From an uncultured Verrucomicrobiae bacterium (GTDB taxonomy: Bacteria; Verrucomicrobiota; Verrucomicrobiia; Limisphaerales; Palsa-1400): DNA of 64,000 nucleotides. The position numbers were made by a program, and so were the translations under genes. Under the pieces are notes generated by a model. The model saw only the letters and a list, made by a program, of their open reading frames with translations, was not told where the DNA came from and did not search any database. The DNA lies in contig CAVXRD010000001.1 in NCBI GenBank assembly GCA_963764165.1, positions 576,001-640,000 of the forward strand, in the 5' to 3' direction. Positions within the stretch are counted from its first letter, which is position 1, and each line of letters begins with the position of its first letter. This document shows positions 8,953 to 19,146 of the stretch, in pieces.

Positions 8953-11133
8953 ATGAATCGCATGAAAGGCACCTCCGCCCTCACCGCGCCGTTCGCATTG
9001 GCCGCGCTGCTTCTCCAACTCCCCTCAACGCAAGCCTGGGCCGAGCCGCTCAAGTATCCCGAGGCGCACCGGGGCGAGACGGTGGATGATTACAATGGCA
9101 TCAAGGTGGCCGATCCCTATCAATGGATGGAAAAACTGGACGCGCCCGACACACACGATTGGATCAGGGCGGAGGCGAAACTGGCGGATTCGTATCTGGC
9201 CAAAATTCCCGTGCGCCACGAATTGGAGGCGCGGCTGACGGAATTACTGAATTTCGAGAAATTCGGCATGCCGTTTCATCGCGGCGATCGTTATTTTTAC
9301 AGCCACAACAGCGGGTTGCAGCCGCAAAGTGTTTTGTTTGACAGCGATGGATTGAACGGCGAGCCAAAGATGGCGTTTGATCCAAACACTCTGTCGACCA
9401 ATGGCTCCATCTCCGCCTCCGGTTACGCAGCCAGCCCGGATGGATCGCTGCTTTGCTACGGCGTCACGCATGGCGGTTCGGATTGGATGGAATGGCATTT
9501 CCGAAATCTCGCCACCGGCGCAGATTTGCCGGACGTCATCAAGTGGACAAAATATTATCATCCCGTTTTCGCAAAAGACGGAAAGGGCGTGTATTACAGC
9601 GCCTTCCCCGCGCCGTCGCCCGGTGAGGAATTGCGCGTTCGCGATTTGAATGACGCGGTTTTTTATCACGCGCTCGGCACCACTCAGGCGGCCGACCACA
9701 AGCTTTACGAGCGGCCCGATCATGTTGATTGGCAATTCGATCCGCACTTGACCAAGGACGGCCATTGGCTCGTCATCCGCGCTGGTGAGGGAGAAGTGGG
9801 AGACAAGGGATTGGAAAATCTTTACGTCATTGATTTGACATCGTCGAAACGCGAAGTCATTCCGATTACGGAAGGCTTTAAGGCTGATTATATTTTTGCC
9901 GGGGCCGATGGCGGCAATCTCTTTTTCCAGACCACATTGGCAGCTCCTCGCGGCCAGGTGATTTCCATCGATCCAACTTCGCCCGCCGCAGGGAATTGGA
10001 AAGTAATTATTCCGCAAGGTTCCGACGCGATGGACGTGGCGGGCGGAAGCGTCACGCTGGTCGACCATCAGTTGATCGTGCGAACGATGCATGACGCGTG
10101 CAGCAAAGTGACAATATACGGGCTCGATGGCACGCTGAAACGCGAACTGGCGCTGCCCGGGCATGGAACGGCCGCTGGATTTGGCGGCGATCCCGATGAT
10201 CGCGAGACCTTTTACGATTACGTCGATCCAATCACCCCGCCGACGGTCTACCGCCTTGATCTGGAAACGGGAGCAAGCACGCTTTACCGCAAACCGAAAA
10301 TTGCATTTGACACGGGCCAGCTTGAAACGAAACAGGTTTTTTATCCCAGCAAAGACGGGACGCGTATTCCAATGACGCTCGTTTACAAAAAGGGCATCAA
10401 GCTGGATGGCAAGAACCCCACCCTGCTCTACGGCTATGGCGGCTTCGGAATTTCAATGCTGCCACGCTTTGATGTTACACGCCTCGTTTGGCTTGAGCGC
10501 GGCGGCATTTTTGCGGTGGCGAATATTCGCGGCGGCGGAGAATACGGCGACGAGTGGCATCGCCAGGCCATTCGCGCGCATAAGCAAATTGTATTTGACG
10601 ATTTCATCGCGGCGGCGGAATGGCTGATCGCGCAAGGATACACATCGACGCCGAAGCTCGCGATTGAAGGCGGGTCCAACGGCGGGCTGCTGGTGGGCGC
10701 GTGCGTGACGCAGCGCCCCGATCTTTACGGCGCGGCGCTCGCGTATGTCGGCGTGATGGATATGCTGCGCTTTGACCAATTTGGCCAGGGCGCGGGCTGG
10801 GCCGGCGATTACGGGCTGCCGCACAACGCGGAGGACTTCAAATATCTCCGCGCCTATTCCCCATACCATAACGTCAAGCCCGGCACGCATTATCCCGCGA
10901 TCATGGTGATCACAGGCGACCACGATGCGCGTGTCATGCCGGCGCACTCCTTCAAGTTCGCCGCGGCGTTGCAAGCGGCGCAGGCCGGTCCAGAGCCTGT
11001 TCTGCTGCGCGTGCGATTGAACACCGGCCACGGTTCCGGCGCGACCAGCCGCCAGCTCGTGCAGGAGCGCGCCGATGCCTACGCGTTTCTGATGCAGAAT
11101 TTAGGGATGGCGGACACGGCGGGGAGCAGATGA
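8953..11133 (+). CDS. Prolyl oligopeptidase (S9A) with signal peptide
   Basis: VADPYQWME, YGYGGF, NIRGGGEYG, GGSNGG nucleophile, DHDARV, GHG. Confidence 0.95.
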   Translation: MNRMKGTSALTAPFALAALLLQLPSTQAWAEPLKYPEAHRGETVDDYNGIKVADPYQWMEKLDAPDTHDWIRAEAKLADSYLAKIPVRHELEARLTELLNFEKFGMPFHRGDRYFYSHNSGLQPQSVLFDSDGLNGEPKMAFDPNTLSTNGSISASGYAASPDGSLLCYGVTHGGSDWMEWHFRNLATGADLPDVIKWTKYYHPVFAKDGKGVYYSAFPAPSPGEELRVRDLNDAVFYHALGTTQAADHKLYERPDHVDWQFDPHLTKDGHWLVIRAGEGEVGDKGLENLYVIDLTSSKREVIPITEGFKADYIFAGADGGNLFFQTTLAAPRGQVISIDPTSPAAGNWKVIIPQGSDAMDVAGGSVTLVDHQLIVRTMHDACSKVTIYGLDGTLKRELALPGHGTAAGFGGDPDDRETFYDYVDPITPPTVYRLDLETGASTLYRKPKIAFDTGQLETKQVFYPSKDGTRIPMTLVYKKGIKLDGKNPTLLYGYGGFGISMLPRFDVTRLVWLERGGIFAVANIRGGGEYGDEWHRQAIRAHKQIVFDDFIAAAEWLIAQGYTSTPKLAIEGGSNGGLLVGACVTQRPDLYGAALAYVGVMDMLRFDQFGQGAGWAGDYGLPHNAEDFKYLRAYSPYHNVKPGTHYPAIMVITGDHDARVMPAHSFKFAAALQAAQAGPEPVLLRVRLNTGHGSGATSRQLVQERADAYAFLMQNLGMADTAGSR

Positions 11134-11150
11134 ATTGAGCCGGTCTTTTC

Positions 11151-11237
11151 GTAGCGCAGGTTTCCAAACCTGCTGTATCGCGGATTTCCAAATCCGCTTG
11201 CCGTATATAGGCACGCAGGCTTGGAAGCCTGCGCTAC
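11151..11237. repeat. GTAG-type REP doublet
   Basis: GTAGCGCAGGTTTCCAAACCTGC ... GCAGGCTTGGAAGCCTGCGCTAC inverted pair. Confidence 0.8.
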
Positions 11238-11485
11238 CCCTGAGGGCATTCTGGTTCTCTGCGGTCGGTGCGAATGGCTGAGCGGATGGACTCCCGTTTG
11301 ACTTTGACGGGAAGCATTAAGAACCCCTCCCGTGTGCGAACGGGTTTTACCGTCGGAACTTCCTTTTCCACCAATTGCAAGATTTGCACGCTTCCGTCCG
11401 GCTGGCGGCTGGCATCAAAGGCTGTGTGCGGGGGGAACAGCTTAGCGGAACAGCTTCGCCCGTCCTTATCGGATACCAATTTCAT
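11234..11485 (-). CDS. Small hypothetical protein, possibly an AbrB/MazE-like orphan antitoxin
   Basis: 83 aa from MKLVSDKDGR; DxxGR start and a size typical of such antitoxins; the 3' end runs into the REP. Confidence 0.4.
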   Translation of the reverse strand: MKLVSDKDGRSCSAKLFPPHTAFDASRQPDGSVQILQLVEKEVPTVKPVRTREGFLMLPVKVKRESIRSAIRTDRREPECPQG

Positions 11486-11684
11486 GACGGGATTATCCCA
11501 TAAGCAACGGCCGCCGCAATCGTAATGGATGATGCTGTCGAGTTTTTCCCAACGGTAAACGTCGTCACGTATAACAAAAGAAGCCAGTTCCATGCCAAAA
11601 CGTGGGGTTTCCGTGAGTAAGCCGTGCATAAGTAATAACAATTTTTTGTCGCTGTGTCTCGCCTCTAGAATATCTTTTTCTCCC

Positions 11685-12563
11685 ATGATTGATTCCGTAA
11701 ATTCGGAGTCGAGCTCAACCTCGGCAGATCTGAAGAGACCCGGCTCCTCGACCCCGTCGGCGAACACCAGTGCCCACTTCCAAGTTACCGGAAGATTCAA
11801 CCCGCGCGACTTGCGATATGATGAGTTTGGCGTGCCTGTTCTTAGTACGGCCGAAATTGAATCCATTGCCGAGCAGGTACTAGCGAAACATTGCCAGTCG
11901 GTTCTGACAAAGCCGAAACATACTCCAGTGGTCGAGATAATCGATCGACTTTGTGAGTCAACAAGGCTTATTTGCAAAATTACGGACCTTGGCAACCGGG
12001 GCGATTCGAAGATCCTCGGCAAAGTCAATTTCTCAGAAAGAACGCTTTACCTCGATCCGTCGTTGACTTACGAGCGCGAAATTCAAATGCGATTTACGGC
12101 AGGACACGAGATCGGGCACTGGGTAATTCACCGGTGGAACTTTTTAAATTGGAAGATCACGGGTAGCAGGTCCGAATGGGTGGAAATCGAAGGCACAAGG
12201 CTTGGCGCAGCACCCGTGCGCACACCACGCGAATGGATCGAATGGCAGGCGAATATGTTCTCTGCCGCATTGATCATGCCTCGCCGCACCATCTTACGGG
12301 CGCTTATTGAAGCCCAATTTTCAATCGGAACGCTAAAGAACTTCGGACACATCTGGTTGTCCGATACTCCCCAAAGCAAACAAGATTACGAGGCACTGAT
12401 AACTTTGATTTCAAAAACTTACGGCGTGTCGAAAAAATCTGCGGAAATTCGTCTGCGTTCGCTCGATATGATTAGCGAAGATTCGAGCTATAGGTCGCGG
12501 AAGCGAGACGCCTCCGATGCGCTTTCAAATATGAACCTCAATCGTGAAAAATCTGTGCATTGA
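11685..12563 (+). CDS. ImmA/IrrE-family Zn metallopeptidase
   Basis: RFTAGHEIGHW (HExxH) and EWQANMFSAALIMP; C-terminal helix-turn-helix-like YGVSKKSAEIRL. Confidence 0.88.
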   Translation: MIDSVNSESSSTSADLKRPGSSTPSANTSAHFQVTGRFNPRDLRYDEFGVPVLSTAEIESIAEQVLAKHCQSVLTKPKHTPVVEIIDRLCESTRLICKITDLGNRGDSKILGKVNFSERTLYLDPSLTYEREIQMRFTAGHEIGHWVIHRWNFLNWKITGSRSEWVEIEGTRLGAAPVRTPREWIEWQANMFSAALIMPRRTILRALIEAQFSIGTLKNFGHIWLSDTPQSKQDYEALITLISKTYGVSKKSAEIRLRSLDMISEDSSYRSRKRDASDALSNMNLNREKSVH

Positions 12564-12569
12564 TTCTCG

Positions 12570-12660
12570 TCGGATAAGAGTTATTAACACTATTCACAAC
12601 CAGGATCGCGATAGCGTGTAAACCATTAATAATCAATATATTATATCATTGCTTTTGGGA
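12570..12660. promoter_or_regulatory. Tandem DnaA-box-like 9-mers, an IHF-consensus site and an AT-rich tract upstream of dnaB
   Basis: TTATTAACA 12581-12589, CTATTCACA 12590-12598, AATCAATATATTA 12631-12643. Confidence 0.5.
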
Positions 12661-12706
12661 GTATGTTTTGATTTACTTCGCTTTAAAAACGGGCTTAATA
12701 TTTTTG

Positions 12707-14176
12707 ATGATTGATTCCGTGAATGAGGCAGGTTCAACGTCGGCGGATTTGAAGAAAACCCGCCGCAAGACTGCGTCCTCGAACGCAGCCGCCTCAAAAG
12801 TCGACCGCCTGCCGCCGCATTCCATTGACGCTGAACAAGGTGTGCTTGGTTGCGTGTTGCTTTCTCCCAATGACTGCCTCGGCGAATGCATCGAAAAACT
12901 TAAGTCCGGCCCGCTCGTTTTTTACGATCTTCGGCACCAGTTGCTTTTCCAAACGATGGTGGAAATGTTCGACGAAAAAGTCCCCATCGACGTTATCACG
13001 CTCAATCAGCGGCTGAAAAACAAAGGGCAATTGGAAGGCGTCGGCGGCACGGCCTATCTCGCGACCTTGCCGAATCTGGCGCCCTCGGCGGCCAACCTCC
13101 CCTACTACCTCGAAATCGTCCTGGAGAAGTTCCTGCTGCGAAAAATGATGCAGACATGCACCGGCATCATCAGCCGCGTTTACGATTATGAGGGCGAGGT
13201 CGATTCGCTGCTGGACGAAGTCGAGCGCGACGTCCTGCAAATCGCCCAGGACCGCATTTCCGGCGGCACGGTGACGATCAAGGAGCTTGTCAACCGCGCC
13301 ATTACAAAGATTGAGGAATTCCACACCAACCAGGGAATGCTGACCGGCGTTTCGACCGGCTTTACGGATTTCGACAAAATGACCACCGGCCTGCACGAAG
13401 GCGAAATGATCGTCATCGCGGCGCGGCCGTCCGTCGGAAAAACATCGCTGGCGATGAACATTGCGGAGCATGTGGCGCTGGAATTGAAAGTGCCGGTCGG
13501 AGTGTTCAGCCTGGAAATGACGGCGGATCAACTGGTGCTGCGCATGATCTGCTCGAGGTCGCGCGTGAACCTGCGGAATGTCACGGCGGGCTTCCTGGCC
13601 GAGCGGGATTTTCCGCGCCTGACCGACGCCGCCGGGCGCATGGCAGGGGCGCCTTTGTTTATAGATGACAGCTCCGGTCTGTCCGTCCTGCAATTGCGGG
13701 CCAAGGCGAGGCGCATGTGGCAGCAGTACGGCATCAAATTGTTTGTCATTGACTACTTGCAACTGCTCCATTCTACTTCGCGTCGAGCAGAGAACCGGCA
13801 GCAGGAAATCTCGGAAATTTCCGGCGGCATCAAGGCCCTGGCCAAAGAGCTGAGCGTGCCGGTGATCGTGCTCAGCCAGCTCAACCGGGATCTGGAAAAG
13901 CGCGGCCCGGGCGAGCGCCCGCGGCTCTCGGACTTGCGCGAATCAGGCTCCATTGAGCAAGACGCGGACTTAGTTGGTCTATTGTATCGTGAATCAAAAA
14001 GCAAAGACGGGGAAGAAGAACCGGAACTGGATCAAGACGCCATTCCTGTGAAGCTCTATATTGCCAAACAACGCAACGGCCCGACCGGAGATGTCGATTT
14101 GACATTCCTCAAGGGATACACCCGTTTTGAAAGCGCGGCCAAAGTAAGCTCGGAAGACATGCCGGCCGACGCCTGA
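12707..14176 (+). CDS. dnaB: Replicative DNA helicase
   Basis: PPHSIDAEQGVLG, Walker A AARPSVGKT, FSLEM, IDYLQL, DLRESGSIEQDAD, AKQRNGPTG. Confidence 0.98.
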   Translation: MIDSVNEAGSTSADLKKTRRKTASSNAAASKVDRLPPHSIDAEQGVLGCVLLSPNDCLGECIEKLKSGPLVFYDLRHQLLFQTMVEMFDEKVPIDVITLNQRLKNKGQLEGVGGTAYLATLPNLAPSAANLPYYLEIVLEKFLLRKMMQTCTGIISRVYDYEGEVDSLLDEVERDVLQIAQDRISGGTVTIKELVNRAITKIEEFHTNQGMLTGVSTGFTDFDKMTTGLHEGEMIVIAARPSVGKTSLAMNIAEHVALELKVPVGVFSLEMTADQLVLRMICSRSRVNLRNVTAGFLAERDFPRLTDAAGRMAGAPLFIDDSSGLSVLQLRAKARRMWQQYGIKLFVIDYLQLLHSTSRRAENRQQEISEISGGIKALAKELSVPVIVLSQLNRDLEKRGPGERPRLSDLRESGSIEQDADLVGLLYRESKSKDGEEEPELDQDAIPVKLYIAKQRNGPTGDVDLTFLKGYTRFESAAKVSSEDMPADA

Positions 14177-14178
14177 AA

Positions 14179-16635
14179 ATGAAAATATTCCCCCGTCTGG
14201 CGCTTATCATCTGGGTGTGGATGGTCTGGTGGGTTCCATCGGCATCCGCCCAGCTTATTGGGCCGACCATCACCCAGATTTCCATCCGTTTCGTTGGGCC
14301 GCCCAACGTCAGCGAGGATTTCATCCGGGCCAATATTCGCTTGAAAGCCGGCGAACCGTTCACCCGCCCGGCGGCTGACCAGGATACGGTCACGCTTTAT
14401 CAAACCGGCTATTTCTTCAAGATCCAGATTCTGGCCGACGACCACGCGGGAGGCGTTTCATTGACATATGTCGTGCAGGGAAAGCCCATTTTGGCGGACC
14501 TGAAGATCATCGGCAACGTCCACATGAGCCTGAAGAAGGTCAAAAAGAAAGTGACCTCGAAGGTCAACCAAACGCTCGACGAGCGCAAGCTGTTCGATGA
14601 CGCGCTTTCCATCAAGGAGCTTTATGAGAAGGCAGGCTATGAAAAGACAACGGTTGAAGTGCTGCCGCCAGTGGTCGACGAGGCGGCCGGCCGCGGTTCC
14701 GCCACGATCGTCATCCACGAATCAGCCAAGGTCAAAATCAAGAACGTCGTCTTTGAAAACGTCGGCACCAATTTCACCCAGCATGCGCTGCGCAAGGTTC
14801 TTAAGAACACACGCCGCCGCTGGATGTTTTCATGGCTGACGGGCTCGGGCGTCTTGAAGGAAGACGGCTTCGACGAGGACAAGGACACGCTGGTGGATTT
14901 CTACCAGAACAACGGCTTCATTGATTTCGCCATCATGGATGTCAACAAGGAGTACATCAATCCGAAGTGGATGGTGCTGCACATCAAGGTTTCCGAAGGC
15001 AAGCAATACAAGGTCGGAACCGTCGACATCAAAGGGAACACCATCTTCACCACGAACGATTTTTTCCACGGCACTAATATTAACAAGATCATGATGAAGT
15101 TGAAGGAGCAGCCTGGAGCGATCTTCAAGCCGACCGATTTCAGCGCCGACGAGCAGACCATGCGCGATATGTACGGCTCCAAGGGCTATTTGGATTCGCA
15201 GCAGCGGGGCACCACTTTGATCGAGGCGACTCATTCGGCCAACCCCATCACCGGCACCATGGATCTCGCCTACGACATTCACGAAGGCGACAAGAATTAC
15301 ATCGAGAGAGTCATCATCAAGGGCAACGTCAAGACGAAAGACCGCGTTCTGCGCCGCGAGTTGGCTGTGTTTCCGGGCGAGGTTTACGACATGGTGCGCG
15401 TGAAGATCAGCAAGCAGCGCCTCGAAGGGATGGATTATTTCAGCAAGGTCGATGCCCAAGCGCAGGATTCCGACGTGCCGAATGCGAAGGATTTGGTGGT
15501 CGGCGTGGAAGAGAAGAGCACCGGCAGCTTCACTCTCGGCGCGGGCTTCAGCACCGTGGAAAGCATTGTCGGCACGGTGGAGGTCCGGCAGGGGAATTTC
15601 GATTTGTTCAATTCGCCAACGTTCACCGGCGCGGGACAAAAATTGCAGTTGCGCCTTTCCATCGGGACGCTGTTGCAGGATTACGATTTGAATTTCATCG
15701 AGCCTTGGTTTTTGGGAAAGAGGTTGATTTTCAGTGTCGATCTGTTCCATCGCGAGGTTTACTACAACGCGCTGCACGATGACTACGTCGAGACATTCGA
15801 CGGCGGCACGGTCAGCCTGACGAAAGCGCTGTTCGGCCTCCAGGCGCTGAAGGGCACCGTAAGTTACACGCTGCAAAATGTGCATGTCTCGATTCCATCG
15901 GGTTACGAGACTTTCCCCACCACCGACTATTCCACCGGGGTGCCTGTAGTGACACCGCCACAAGTATCAACCAACATTATGGCGGAGCGCGGAACCTATT
16001 TTGAATCGATTCCGGCGGTTGCGCTGGAGTATGACACGCGCAACAACTTGCGGATGGCGGACTCCGGCCAGGATTCTTCCATCAAGATCTCCGCGGCGAC
16101 TCCGCCGGGGGACGTGGAATTCTACAAGGTCGAAATGCGGACGGATTGGTATTTCAAGGGTTTCGGCAAGGGCCACATTTTTGAAGTGGTCGGCAAAGCG
16201 GGCTGGGTTACGCCTTGGGGCAACACGACTCACATCCCCATATTCGACCGCTACTTCCTCGGCGGCATGTATTCTTTGCGCGGCTACCGCTACGAGACGG
16301 TCGGCCCCCTCGATGACATGGGCGAAGCGCTGGGCGGCGACACGGATTGGTTTGCGTCGGCGGAATACAGCATCCCGCTGCTGCGCAACAGCAATATGAT
16401 CCGCTACGCATTCTTCTACGATATCGGCAACGTGTATCCCGGCTCGCTCAGCTTCAAGCCCGCTCCCGGCGACCAGTTCTATAATGACGACGTCGGGATA
16501 GGTTTGCGGATCGTCCTGCCCATCGGCGGCGGCACGCCGCTGCGGTTGGATTACGGCGTGCCAATTGAGCACGGGCCAACGGCCAGCCGGTTCGGAAAAT
16601 TCCAGTTTGGCATCGGATACTCACGCCAATTTTAG
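14179..16635 (+). CDS. bamA: Outer membrane protein assembly factor
   Basis: Signal peptide, POTRA repeats (GNVKTKDRVLRRE), LRGY motif, C-terminal Phe. Confidence 0.95.
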   Translation: MKIFPRLALIIWVWMVWWVPSASAQLIGPTITQISIRFVGPPNVSEDFIRANIRLKAGEPFTRPAADQDTVTLYQTGYFFKIQILADDHAGGVSLTYVVQGKPILADLKIIGNVHMSLKKVKKKVTSKVNQTLDERKLFDDALSIKELYEKAGYEKTTVEVLPPVVDEAAGRGSATIVIHESAKVKIKNVVFENVGTNFTQHALRKVLKNTRRRWMFSWLTGSGVLKEDGFDEDKDTLVDFYQNNGFIDFAIMDVNKEYINPKWMVLHIKVSEGKQYKVGTVDIKGNTIFTTNDFFHGTNINKIMMKLKEQPGAIFKPTDFSADEQTMRDMYGSKGYLDSQQRGTTLIEATHSANPITGTMDLAYDIHEGDKNYIERVIIKGNVKTKDRVLRRELAVFPGEVYDMVRVKISKQRLEGMDYFSKVDAQAQDSDVPNAKDLVVGVEEKSTGSFTLGAGFSTVESIVGTVEVRQGNFDLFNSPTFTGAGQKLQLRLSIGTLLQDYDLNFIEPWFLGKRLIFSVDLFHREVYYNALHDDYVETFDGGTVSLTKALFGLQALKGTVSYTLQNVHVSIPSGYETFPTTDYSTGVPVVTPPQVSTNIMAERGTYFESIPAVALEYDTRNNLRMADSGQDSSIKISAATPPGDVEFYKVEMRTDWYFKGFGKGHIFEVVGKAGWVTPWGNTTHIPIFDRYFLGGMYSLRGYRYETVGPLDDMGEALGGDTDWFASAEYSIPLLRNSNMIRYAFFYDIGNVYPGSLSFKPAPGDQFYNDDVGIGLRIVLPIGGGTPLRLDYGVPIEHGPTASRFGKFQFGIGYSRQF

Positions 16636-16647
16636 AACTTAGGAGTT

Positions 16648-17292
16648 ATGAAAAAATTAATTAAAATTTGCCTCTGCTCAGCAGGCATCGCGGCCTTGGC
16701 GATGAATTCGCATGCCGAACAGAAAATCGCGACGTTTAACCTGCACAAGGCCTTCGACAGTTATTACAAGACCATACAATCCACCGCTGCCATGAAACAG
16801 GATGGGGAGGAAGTGGCCAAGGAGCACCAGGCGATGATGGATAATTTGCGGAAGCACAATGACGAACGCCTGAAGCTCGTCGACAAGGCAAACGACCAGG
16901 CCGTCTCCGCTGAAGAGCGCCAGAAAAGCAAACGCGAGCTCGACGACAAAATCGCCGAGATGGAGACCGAAAAACAATATCTGGCGGAATTCGAGCAGCG
17001 CGCCAATGTGCGCCTCCGCGAAAAGGAGCAGCAGCGGGTCACGGACATCGTGAAGGAAATTCAGGGCGTTGTCGCGGCCCACGCGAAGGCCGCAGGCTAT
17101 TCCATGGTGGTTGATTCATCCGCCAACAGCATCGTCAGCACGCCCATTTTCCTTTACACCAGCGGCCAGGATGACATGACCGATTCGATCATCAAGGAAC
17201 TCAATGCCGCCGCCCCTCCGGGCTCGTTGAATACAAATGCCGCGGCGGGCTTCATGACGAACTCGCTGCCGTTTACCCCGCCGATCAAATAG
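16648..17292 (+). CDS. skp: OmpH/Skp periplasmic chaperone
   Basis: Signal peptide, KIATFN, coiled coil, GYSMVVD...DMTDSII; follows bamA. Confidence 0.88.
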   Translation: MKKLIKICLCSAGIAALAMNSHAEQKIATFNLHKAFDSYYKTIQSTAAMKQDGEEVAKEHQAMMDNLRKHNDERLKLVDKANDQAVSAEERQKSKRELDDKIAEMETEKQYLAEFEQRANVRLREKEQQRVTDIVKEIQGVVAAHAKAAGYSMVVDSSANSIVSTPIFLYTSGQDDMTDSIIKELNAAAPPGSLNTNAAAGFMTNSLPFTPPIK

Positions 17293-17311
17293 TTGCGGCC
17301 TGCATTTCTCA

Positions 17312-17425
17312 GGCCGGGCGAACCTCTGTCGAGCCCTGACTAATAAAGCAATTTGGCGGGCGAGGAAAGCCATCCTTCCCAAAAACTAAAAATCCAATCA
17401 TGGCTCGACAGAGCCTCGCCCCACC
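17312..17425. repeat. REP doublet (GGGCGAG...GTCGAGCC family), degenerate
   Basis: Inverted pair of the same family as 24742-24818, sharing the AAAATCCAATCA spacer end. Confidence 0.75.
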
Positions 17426-17434
17426 GCGAATAAA

Positions 17435-17902
17435 TTACTCCGCCCTAAATCGGTTCGTTCCCTGAATTGCATCTGCCTTGCGGCCCTTCCGGATCATTTC
17501 GAGGAATTTCCGGCGCTGATCGGGAGTGAGCACCTCGCGAATATCCTCCCGGACGCGCTTCAGCTCTTCGGTCATTTGCGGCGAGATTTGACTCCACAGC
17601 GGCTGGGTCCGCTCCTGGCTCGTCCTCATGATTTTGGCGATTTCGTCGTGCTGGGCCGGAGTCAAATCCAAGGACTTGTCCATTTTCTTTAGAAATTCAA
17701 TCCGCTGCATTTGCAGAATGGGGCCCACCATCGAGGGGCGGTTGGTTGCTCCACTGGAATTAGTCGCAACGGCAAAAGAATTCGTAGCGCTGACCAGCGG
17801 CGCATCGGCGCGGGTCGCCATCGTTCGGGTCATCAGGCCGCCGGTGACGACACCGCAGGCAAAGATGACCATGGTGGCCAGAATGACCTTCCACGGACTC
17901 AC
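17435..17902 (-). CDS. Spy/CpxP-like periplasmic protein
   Basis: N-terminal TM segment and two LTxxQ motifs (LTPAQ, LTPDQ). Confidence 0.75.
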   Translation of the reverse strand: MSPWKVILATMVIFACGVVTGGLMTRTMATRADAPLVSATNSFAVATNSSGATNRPSMVGPILQMQRIEFLKKMDKSLDLTPAQHDEIAKIMRTSQERTQPLWSQISPQMTEELKRVREDIREVLTPDQRRKFLEMIRKGRKADAIQGTNRFRAE

Positions 17903-18204
17903 CAGGCATCCTCGATGTGTTCACCGATCGGGGCGAAAACAGCGGCTTCAAAATCCTGGGAAAAATCTGCGGTCTCAACTGGCTTCTCATTGTGATAAGC
18001 CCAAACTCCACAAGCTGCGGTGATGGCGATGCAGGCGATGGCAGCCTGCCAAAGCGGGCGTCCCCATTGCGACCAGACATCCGGCGTGGCCGGACCCGAA
18101 AGGCGGCTCAAAATCCGCTTCTCAAATGCATACGGAACCTTGTCGCTGGGCGGATTGTTCCGCGCCGCGGCCATCAGTTTGTCGTGCAGCTCATTTACAT
18201 TCAT
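17899..18204 (-). CDS. Putative membrane anti-sigma factor
   Basis: VPYAFEKRIL then a single TM helix; directly downstream of an ECF sigma factor. Confidence 0.7.
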   Translation of the reverse strand: MNVNELHDKLMAAARNNPPSDKVPYAFEKRILSRLSGPATPDVWSQWGRPLWQAAIACIAITAACGVWAYHNEKPVETADFSQDFEAAVFAPIGEHIEDAW

Positions 18205-18243
18205 ACTGTGTCCATTTCTCAGACGTTTTGGGGAGCCAGTGGG

Positions 18244-18819
18244 TTACATGTACTTTTCTTTGGCCATTTTGGCCAAGATTTTTTTCATCTCGGCCCGCGC
18301 CCGGAAGGCGCGCACCTTGACCAAAGGCGTCGACCATCCTGTTATTTCCGCAATTTCCTTCACCGACTTTTCCTCAATCTCCAGCAGTGTTATCACCATC
18401 CGCGCCGGCGGCGAGAGGCGCGACATCACGTTCTCAATCAGCAGCTTCGCCGCATCCGCGTCAGAACTGGCGGATTCAGGGGCTTGCACAAATCGTTCCA
18501 GCCAGTCGGTTTCCGGCTGGGAAAGTTCTGTGAATGACGTCTCCCGATTTCGCTGGTGACTGCGAAGAAAATCGTAGCAAGTCCGCACCGTCAGCCGCAT
18601 CAGCCAATGCTCAAAAGGCGCCTCTCCGCGAAAACTGTCCAGCTTCTGGTATGCTTTGATGAAGACTTCCTGGACGATGTCCTCGATTTCGCTCTCCCGC
18701 CGGGCGTAGCGGCGGGCCGTCGCGAAAACCCGGGGCTGATATTTAATGACCAGCGGTTCGAAGCTGGCCGGATCGCCCCTTCGCGCAGCAGAAATCAGAT
18801 CCGCTTCCGTCGGCTCCAT
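18244..18819 (-). CDS. ECF sigma-70 factor
   Basis: EDIVQEVFIKAY (region 2), SVKEIAEITGWS..VKVRAFRAR (region 4). Confidence 0.93.
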   Translation of the reverse strand: MEPTEADLISAARRGDPASFEPLVIKYQPRVFATARRYARRESEIEDIVQEVFIKAYQKLDSFRGEAPFEHWLMRLTVRTCYDFLRSHQRNRETSFTELSQPETDWLERFVQAPESASSDADAAKLLIENVMSRLSPPARMVITLLEIEEKSVKEIAEITGWSTPLVKVRAFRARAEMKKILAKMAKEKYM

Positions 18820-18878
18820 CCGCTTATTCTGCCACAAAGCGACGTCAAACAAAGCAGAACATTTTTCACGTTGTTCCA

Positions 18879-18973
18879 GGTAGCGCCTCGCCGAGGCGTC
18901 CGAGGACTCTCGCGAGTCCGTACGCGTTCGAAAAATGCCGCAGGCCCGGACGCCTCGGCGAGGCGTCCCTACC
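18879..18973. repeat. REPIN (GGTAGGGACGCCTCGCCGAGGCGTCC family)
   Basis: Inverted REP pair whose spacer closely matches the reverse complement of the spacer at 26463-26560. Confidence 0.9.
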
Positions 18974-19146
18974 TTTCAATTGCATAAAATCCGCCCCCTC
19001 TCCTCCACCGCGACGGGGAGAGGGGTGGGCGAAAAAGGAACTCATCTTTTTCCCTTTTCGTCCCGGCTGCGCGAGGCGTCGGCAGTAGAATCAACGCCAT
19101 CGGCAGGTTGCCAAAATTCAATTTCAACACCAAAACGCGCTGCGGA

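Noticed and set aside
11486..12028. N-terminal part of the 264 aa minus-strand ORF
   Set aside because: Antisense to the IrrE-like gene; its SAEVELDS-FTESI text is the reverse reading of the DnaB-like tag
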